NCBI GenBank assembly: GCA_050633245.1
Contig: JBOEGD010000030.1
Span: 96,001 to 160,000 of the forward strand
DNA length: 64,000 bases
Origin: Calditrichia bacterium
Lineage (GTDB): Bacteria > Calditrichota > Calditrichia > RBG-13-44-9 > J075
Reading direction: 5' to 3'
Notes under the pieces: model-generated
The model's database searches: none
What the model was told of the DNA's origin: nothing
What the model saw: the letters and a program-made list of their open reading frames with translations, nothing else
Part shown: positions 57,743 through 64,000 of the stretch, piece by piece
Position numbering within the stretch: the stretch's first letter is position 1
Layout: each line of letters opens with the position of its first letter
Program-made: the position numbers and the translations under genes

Positions 57743-58924
57743 CTACTTCTTTCTCAACCAGCGCGATGGATTCAAAGGCTTATTGGCGCCGTAAATTTCG
57801 AAATGAAGTAAGGCGCCTTCAAGCGAGCCCGAATCACCCACCGAGGCAATCACGTCTCCGGCATTTACCAACTGGTATTTATTGACAAACACTTCATTCA
57901 AATGCGCATACACCGTGTAGTAACCATTATTGTGATCGACAATGACCGTGTTGCCAAATCCGCCCATGTAGGTTATTAGACTCACAACTCCGGAAAAGAC
58001 ACAGCGCACGTCACTTCCTTTTTTACCGCGGATGTCTATTCCATTATTGGTGAGCACCGTTTTTAGCTTGGGGTTTCGAATCTTACCAAAGCCATGCAAA
58101 ACAGAACCGCGTATCGGCCAATTGAGCTTTCCTTTTTGCCCGGCGAAGTTTCCCTTAATCTTATTCCACTGTGCCAGGTCGGAAGAATTCAATTTCCGCG
58201 ATTCGCGATTGTTTTCCAGACTTCCAATGAGGCTTTTAAGCCGAGAAAAACTTCTTTTCTTTTCACTGAGCGCTGCTTCAAGGAGCTGCTTATTTTTACT
58301 GACATTTTTTAATGTGCGCTGACGATCGGAAAGCTTTTTTTTGAGGTCATCGGTCTCATAAGACTTTTCACGCAACAACCGCTTTTGTTCTTTCAGCTCA
58401 ATACTTCTATTTTCCTGCAGCCCAGTCAGTTGCTGCTGACGGTCTGTAAGACGTGAATGGAGACGTTCGACGCCTTCAGATATTTTGCGAAAGTAGCGAT
58501 AGCGTATAAGTGCCTGATTAAAATTCTCAGAACCCAAAATCCAGTCGTATTCGCGACCGCGCTGATATTTGTAGGAGAAGATTGCTTGTTTTGCGAATAT
58601 TTTCTTCAACTCTCCCACCTGACCACTCAAGTCTTCGATCTGGCCATTCAAACGCTTCACTTCACGATCCTTATTCGTCAACTCGCCTCGGATAATACGA
58701 AGTGCCTTTTGCTGAAGCGTCGTTTGCTTATCGAGGTTTTTTATGCGCTCCAGTTCGGAGGTTACGGATTTTTGCGAAGCACGCAACTGTTTCTCTAATG
58801 TTGAGATTTCTGTACGCACTTCGTCGAGCTGACGTTTAGCAGAATCGGCTTTGGGGCCCGCATCCTGAGCCAACATGCCAACTGTAAAAACAAAGAGGAA
58901 GATTTTCAGTATTTTCATAGTCAA
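57743..58924 (-). CDS. envC: Murein hydrolase activator EnvC-like (coiled coil + M23 domain)
   Basis: Signal peptide, long coiled coil, WPIRG, NNGIDI, YAHL and LHFEI motifs. Confidence 0.85.
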   Translation of the reverse strand: MTMKILKIFLFVFTVGMLAQDAGPKADSAKRQLDEVRTEISTLEKQLRASQKSVTSELERIKNLDKQTTLQQKALRIIRGELTNKDREVKRLNGQIEDLSGQVGELKKIFAKQAIFSYKYQRGREYDWILGSENFNQALIRYRYFRKISEGVERLHSRLTDRQQQLTGLQENRSIELKEQKRLLREKSYETDDLKKKLSDRQRTLKNVSKNKQLLEAALSEKKRSFSRLKSLIGSLENNRESRKLNSSDLAQWNKIKGNFAGQKGKLNWPIRGSVLHGFGKIRNPKLKTVLTNNGIDIRGKKGSDVRCVFSGVVSLITYMGGFGNTVIVDHNNGYYTVYAHLNEVFVNKYQLVNAGDVIASVGDSGSLEGALLHFEIYGANKPLNPSRWLRKK

Positions 58925-58925
58925 A

Positions 58926-59726
58926 CTACTTTACAAATGAAAGACCAGCCACATGCGTGGCTCCGAGTTCAAAATGATGCTGCAGCGCATAGTTCATCTG
59001 CACCCGCTTAATTTTAACCAGAATTCCGGCTGCGGGTTTCACATCATTCAACAAGACACCGCTAAAGAACGTGAATGATTCGACCGGCGATATTTCCATT
59101 CCCATGGAAACCTCCGGCTGAAAGGCACCATCCTTCTGAACAGCCAGGTAAACAGTGGCATTATCAGCCGGATCATAAGCGCAACCGAAACGAATAATTG
59201 GCGAAAGCTCTTCGCCGAATTTATTGACAGCCGGATGGTTCATATTACTAATCGACCCGCCAAAGCGCAAACATGTGAACACATCGTAAATAAACCCGGC
59301 ATCGAGACTAAAAAGCGAGCTGTTGCCATAGCGCTGCACATCGGTTCTGAGGTAGCGCAAATTCCCCCCGGCATGAATTCCGGATTCCCATGCTCTGGAC
59401 AAATTTGCTGTCAGCATCATTTCCTGATAAAGGCTATGGCCAAAATGCTGAATTGACAATCCAATATTTACCGTCTCATTTGGCAAGATCAACGAGCCGC
59501 CGGAAAGTGGAAGCTCCTTTAAGCCAAATAACCGGGAATGCCAGGTATCGATTATCAAATGTTCTGCATAAGCCGATAGCGCCGGGTTTACTAAAAACTG
59601 TCCCGTTGTCGTTTTACCGGCAATGTTGCTTTCTCTGAGTGCTGCCGAACGCACACCCGGCACGGCGTTGTCTATCGCCGTGCTTACTCCGCTGCATAAA
59701 AAAAGCAGCATAAAAATATATCGCAT
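58926..59726 (-). CDS. Putative outer-membrane beta-barrel protein (PorV/PorQ-like)
   Basis: Signal peptide, GVRSAAL...NPA N-terminus, beta-strand pattern. Confidence 0.5.
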   Translation of the reverse strand: MRYIFMLLFLCSGVSTAIDNAVPGVRSAALRESNIAGKTTTGQFLVNPALSAYAEHLIIDTWHSRLFGLKELPLSGGSLILPNETVNIGLSIQHFGHSLYQEMMLTANLSRAWESGIHAGGNLRYLRTDVQRYGNSSLFSLDAGFIYDVFTCLRFGGSISNMNHPAVNKFGEELSPIIRFGCAYDPADNATVYLAVQKDGAFQPEVSMGMEISPVESFTFFSGVLLNDVKPAAGILVKIKRVQMNYALQHHFELGATHVAGLSFVK

Positions 59727-59730
59727 GATT

Positions 59731-60717
59731 TCACTTATCAGTTATGGAAAACTGGCGGTAGGGGAAAAGCCGGGCAAGAACCTTATCTCGTTCAATCTGC
59801 AGGGCCTGCTCCAGAATTGGCGCTTCGTCCCGCTTATCCAGACGACCACGATTGTATTGCGATAAGTTTTGTCGGGCGAATTCAAGAATCTCCTGCTTCT
59901 GAGATTCGTTCATTTCCTGAAAACGCTCATCATAATAGCGACGTTTATCTTTCGCACCCGCGTGATCGCGCAGAAACTCTTCTCCAAAATTCTGATAATC
60001 AAAAGCACCGGTCGACTTGTTATCGTATTCAAAGATACTTTTTCCCTGTGATGATGCTTCTTTCAGGGAAACTGAATTTCGAATAAAAGAGCGATACAGT
60101 TTATGCGGAAAATTCTTTTCCAGAATTCCCCGCACTTCCTGAGAATGCCGGGTGCGAAAATCGCACATCGTCATTACCACTCCCTTAAGCTTGATGCTAC
60201 GGTTCAACCGACTCTTCACCATTAGAAACGTATCGTAAAGTGGCTTAATCGCCTTCATCGGAAAAAACTCAGGTGAAACGGTCATCAAAAACTCAGTACT
60301 GGTAGCTAGTGCATTGATTGCCAGAATGCCAAGGTTTGGGGGGCAATCGATCAATATAAAGTCGTATTTATTGCGAACCGGTGCCAAAACATCACGCAAA
60401 ATATATTCGCGGTTCATAGACTTATATAATGAGAACTCGACTGAAGTCATCTCAATATTATTGGGGAGGACGTGAAGATTATCATCTCGCTTTAACACCA
60501 CTTCGTCAAAGCTACTTTTGTTCATAAATAGATGCAGAAGGGTTTGCTTCAGATTATCGCTATCGAATCCGAAGTGCTGGGTCATATTTCCCTGCGGATC
60601 CATATCGACAGTCAGAACCTTGTAGCCCTGTCTTGCCAGGTAGCTGGCCGTATTCACCGTAGTGGTGGTTTTAGCGCAGCCGCCCTTTTGAATAATAAAG
60701 GAGACTATCTGCGTCAT
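59731..60717 (-). CDS. ParA/Soj family ATPase with C-terminal extension
   Basis: QKGGCAKTTT, DMDPQGN and YDFILIDCPP motifs; about 80 extra residues. Confidence 0.9.
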   Translation of the reverse strand: MTQIVSFIIQKGGCAKTTTTVNTASYLARQGYKVLTVDMDPQGNMTQHFGFDSDNLKQTLLHLFMNKSSFDEVVLKRDDNLHVLPNNIEMTSVEFSLYKSMNREYILRDVLAPVRNKYDFILIDCPPNLGILAINALATSTEFLMTVSPEFFPMKAIKPLYDTFLMVKSRLNRSIKLKGVVMTMCDFRTRHSQEVRGILEKNFPHKLYRSFIRNSVSLKEASSQGKSIFEYDNKSTGAFDYQNFGEEFLRDHAGAKDKRRYYDERFQEMNESQKQEILEFARQNLSQYNRGRLDKRDEAPILEQALQIERDKVLARLFPYRQFSITDK

Positions 60718-60857
60718 GCTTCCCTCTCATCGCATCTACTATTAGATTAGATTATACCGTCAATTTTTTGGTAATGCAATAATTTTAACCTGCCCGCATT
60801 CTGCTTTCGTCTTTCGCCTCACAAACCAAGAGAGTAAAATATTTATACCCGACACAT

Positions 60858-60875
60858 TTGTGAAAATATTCACAC
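60858..60875. promoter_or_regulatory. Palindrome resembling a Rex operator (or paired DnaA-like boxes)
   Basis: TTGTGAA-AATA-TTCACAC versus Rex consensus TTGTGAA-N4-TTCACAA. Confidence 0.45.
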
Positions 60876-60983
60876 AACTTCATTTTATTGTTTCACGTAC
60901 ACTATCTTATTCTGCTCATTGACATCGACATCATTTTTTGTTTTATTTGAAGGCTTGAATCGAAACCATAGTGGAGATAGAAA

Positions 60984-61124
60984 ATGAAACGCACGTATCA
61001 ACCGCACAATCGTAAGCGCCGCAACAAACACGGCTTTCGCGCACGCATGGCTAGTAAGAATGGACGTCAGGTAATTGCCCGTCGTCGTGCCAAAGGACGC
61101 AAGCGTCTAACCGTAAGTGGTTAA
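60984..61124 (+). CDS. rpmH: 50S ribosomal protein L34
   Basis: Not in ORF track. [46 protein letters not shown]. Confidence 0.97.
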   Translation: MKRTYQPHNRKRRNKHGFRARMASKNGRQVIARRRAKGRKRLTVSG

Positions 61125-61467
61125 CAGAACGAATCGAAAACGTACGCTTCCCCGGAAGCGTATGCTGAAGCAGTCGGATCTTATCCAGAAAGCCCTCAGA
61201 CGCGGCAGGAAGTATCCGGGGAAACATCTTGTGCTGTACGTTCTCGATTCAACTGAAAGTCAGTTTGCAGTTCTTGTTGCTACACGCCTTGGCAATGCAG
61301 TTCAACGCAATCGTATGAAGCGTTTGGCACGGGAAGTATATCGGTATCAGCAGCATCGGTTTGAGGGGAAAGTAGTTTTGTTTCTGTTGCGGAAATATCA
61401 TGATGTCTTTAGCGATCTGGAAGAGGACGTTTCGCACTTGCTTTCCCGGATAGAGAAAAAGTCGTAA
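61117..61467 (+). CDS. rnpA: Ribonuclease P protein component
   Basis: [15 protein letters not shown] motif; downstream of rpmH. Confidence 0.92.
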   Translation: MVNRTNRKRTLPRKRMLKQSDLIQKALRRGRKYPGKHLVLYVLDSTESQFAVLVATRLGNAVQRNRMKRLAREVYRYQQHRFEGKVVLFLLRKYHDVFSDLEEDVSHLLSRIEKKS

Positions 61468-61595
61468 CCCGCCAGTTATTCGTTCCTCCCTGCACAGATT
61501 TGCGCTACCAATTCCCGAAACATATTACTAACCGGTTCTATGCAAACCGGAACTTGTCTGCAATGCAGACATCACGATGATGATAAGGATTTAGG

Positions 61596-63443
61596 ATGGA
61601 CCAGAAACAGATAATCGGCATCTTTCTAATTGTCAGCATTTTCTTGTTGATGCCAACGTATTTAGAATGGATGGGTCTTGCCCCGCAGCCACAACCGGAA
61701 CAAGAAGCTCCCGCTGTTACTCAGGTTGACAGCAGTGCTACAGAAGAGCGTATTTCAGCTCCTCCAACATTACAGAGTGCTGCCATCGATTCACCGGAGA
61801 TGATGAGGGACTCAATAATTGCAGGTACAGAGCAAACAATCCCTGCAGTCGACTTCACGATACACACACCCTTACTGTCTGCCGAGTTTTCCAACGCTGC
61901 CGGTGGTCGCTTTACTCGCTGGGAGCTGAAGAAGTATGACTACTTCGACGGGGGCAAGGTTAACCTGGCAACGCCCAATAACGGATTCGACATTGAATTC
62001 AGCGATCCGAATGGCAAGCAAATTCAGCTTAGTAATTTCACGATGCAGTCTACCGATACGATTGGCGGCACCATCTCACTGGACGAAGCAAATCCGACCG
62101 CAGACATTGAACTATTCGTTCCTTATGGAAACGGGCGCATTATAAAGACCTATCGCTTTTACTACGATCGCTATGCAGTAGACGTTCTCATCCGCATGGA
62201 GAATGTTCAGAACCATATTGTGAATCGGTTTTATTCTGCTATTTGGGAAAACGGCCTGCCGAACATTGAAGAAAATCAGCAGGATGAAGCTCAGTATTCT
62301 CTTGTCATGCTCTCAACGGCCGGCAGTACCGATGACTTCTACGTTGATGCAGATGAAGACAACAGGCAGACATTTACCGGTGATCTGGACTGGGCAGCCG
62401 TTCGTAATAAGTATTTCACCGCTGCGATTCTCCCAGGCCAAGGTACCAAGATCGAGAATCTCCTGGTTGAAGGACGCGGTTTGCAGGATGCCGAAGAGAC
62501 AGACATTGGTCGCATTTACTCAACCATCGCTGAAGTTCCTCTGTCGCAGAGCAGTGCCCACGTCGATACATTTACCGTCTATGCCGGTCCATTAGACTAT
62601 CAGGTACTCAAAAGTTATGGCTCGACCATGCAGGACATGGTTTTGAATTCCGGTTGGTATGAACGTGCTTTTCGCTGGATCAGCATTTACCTGATTCTTC
62701 CGGCGTTCAAATTCCTGAACGGATTTATCCCGAACTACGGACTTGTCATCATCATTTTCTCCATCGTCATCAAGCTGCTTCTTTATCCGCTTACCAAAAA
62801 GAGCTACGAATCTACCGCTCGTATGACGGATCTGCGTCCGAAAATGACGGAGATTCAGGAGAAATACAAGAGCGATCCGGCTCGGCTACAGAAGGAAACC
62901 ATGAAGCTTTACAAGGACGAGGGTGTCAATCCACTTGGTGGCTGTTTGCCAATGCTTTTACAGATGCCTCTGCTGGTTGCATTATTCACCGTATTCCGCT
63001 CGACAATCCAGCTTCGTGGCGAACCCTTTATGCTATGGATAACCGACCTGTCCTTACCGGATCAGCTAGCGCTTCCATTTGAACTACCGTTCTTTGGTGC
63101 CGCTATTGCCATCCTGCCATTCCTGATGGGTATAACAATGCTCTTTCAGTCTATGGCAACAGTAACCGACCCGAAGCAAAAGGCTTTCGTTTACATGATG
63201 CCGGTAATGCTGACGTTCTTCTTTTACAGTTTTCCATCCGGACTGAACCTGTATTACTCAGTCTTTAATCTACTGACAATGCTTCAGACACAGATGATTA
63301 AAAAGAACATGCATAGCAACGACGCGGCAACAACAGCTGCGGCGGCGGCTCCTTCGCGCTCGAAGCCAACTACTGAAAAGGGCGGTGCGGCAAGACTTCC
63401 AAAGTCTCCGAAGGGCAGCCGAAAGAAGAAAAAGCAGAAGTAA
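61596..63443 (+). CDS. yidC: Membrane protein insertase YidC
   Basis: YAGP, NYGLVII, NPLGGCLPML and WITDLS motifs. Confidence 0.96.
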   Translation: MDQKQIIGIFLIVSIFLLMPTYLEWMGLAPQPQPEQEAPAVTQVDSSATEERISAPPTLQSAAIDSPEMMRDSIIAGTEQTIPAVDFTIHTPLLSAEFSNAAGGRFTRWELKKYDYFDGGKVNLATPNNGFDIEFSDPNGKQIQLSNFTMQSTDTIGGTISLDEANPTADIELFVPYGNGRIIKTYRFYYDRYAVDVLIRMENVQNHIVNRFYSAIWENGLPNIEENQQDEAQYSLVMLSTAGSTDDFYVDADEDNRQTFTGDLDWAAVRNKYFTAAILPGQGTKIENLLVEGRGLQDAEETDIGRIYSTIAEVPLSQSSAHVDTFTVYAGPLDYQVLKSYGSTMQDMVLNSGWYERAFRWISIYLILPAFKFLNGFIPNYGLVIIIFSIVIKLLLYPLTKKSYESTARMTDLRPKMTEIQEKYKSDPARLQKETMKLYKDEGVNPLGGCLPMLLQMPLLVALFTVFRSTIQLRGEPFMLWITDLSLPDQLALPFELPFFGAAIAILPFLMGITMLFQSMATVTDPKQKAFVYMMPVMLTFFFYSFPSGLNLYYSVFNLLTMLQTQMIKKNMHSNDAATTAAAAAPSRSKPTTEKGGAARLPKSPKGSRKKKKQK

Positions 63444-63507
63444 ATTCCTAAACCGCTGAAAGGTTTAAGAATCCGGACAGCTCTCTTTCACCACAGCATT
63501 TCGATTC

Positions 63508-63541
63508 CAAAGCCTTTCAGGGTATCCTGAAAGGCTTTTTT
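63508..63541 (+). terminator. Intrinsic terminator after yidC
   Basis: AAAGCCTTTCAGG-GTAT-CCTGAAAGGCTTT plus T tract, directly abutting the mnmE ATG. Confidence 0.75.
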
Positions 63542-64000
63542 ATGTCCGATTACTTAAACAACGGCGATACAATTATCGCTCTTTCCACTCCATTAGGTAA
63601 TGGCGCTATTGCCGTTATTCGCATTGGTGGCCCCGATGCACTCGCTGTATTTAATCCCTTCCTGAAGCAGCCTATTCGCGAAGAGGATGCCCGTAAGGCG
63701 ATCTTTAACGAGATAGTTACTCAAGACAAGACTACGATTGATCAGGTGATTACAACTTGGTTTCGCGCGCCTGCAAGCTATACCGGCGAAGACTTACTCG
63801 AGATCAGCTGTCACTGTAACCCACTGATTATCGATAGCATTATCGATCTGGCCATCAGCAATGGTGCTCGCGTAGCAGCACCGGGTGAGTTTACTTTTCG
63901 TGCTTTTCTAAACGGGAAGTTAAACCTGGCACAGGCTGAGGCCGTCTCAGATCTTATCAACTCACGTTCCCGGCAAAGCCTGACCCAGTCGATGCGCCAT
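63542..64000 (+). CDS. mnmE: tRNA modification GTPase MnmE (partial)
   Basis: DTIIALSTP...GAIAVIRI, SYTGED and PGEFTFRAFLNGK motifs; follows yidC. Confidence 0.95.
   Translation, partial: MSDYLNNGDTIIALSTPLGNGAIAVIRIGGPDALAVFNPFLKQPIREEDARKAIFNEIVTQDKTTIDQVITTWFRAPASYTGEDLLEISCHCNPLIIDSIIDLAISNGARVAAPGEFTFRAFLNGKLNLAQAEAVSDLINSRSRQSLTQSMRH

Noticed and set aside
60720-60980. oriC
   Set aside because: No perfect DnaA box cluster (only two one-mismatch boxes) and no dnaA adjacent.

Overview
Bacterial chromosomal window, probably from an FCB-group lineage such as Calditrichota (inferred from the FlgD-Ig/NYPNPFNP C-terminal sorting domain and gene content). It is probably close to the replication origin. 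Housekeeping blocks are holB-ricT-metG, dut-fabF, and envC-like/parA-like divergent from rpmH-rnpA-yidC-mnmE. Between fabF and the envC-like gene lies a ~38 kb accessory tract (19.7-57.7 kb) of about 45 almost entirely co-directional small genes, gene fragments, REP-like palindromes and 7/8/14-nt tandem repeats. Most notable observations: (1) a lipoprotein thioredoxin-TPR gene split in the ORF track by an in-frame TGA in a W-U-G-P-C motif and followed by a SECIS-like hairpin (probable selenoprotein); (2) a 20-aa leader ORF with terminator and antiterminator hairpins before a dehydratase-cyclodeaminase-aminotransferase operon (candidate new attenuator); (3) a 56-aa metallothionein-like lipoprotein; (4) an AT-rich HEPN-like candidate defence gene. 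All family calls come from motif recognition by eye; no database searches were run.
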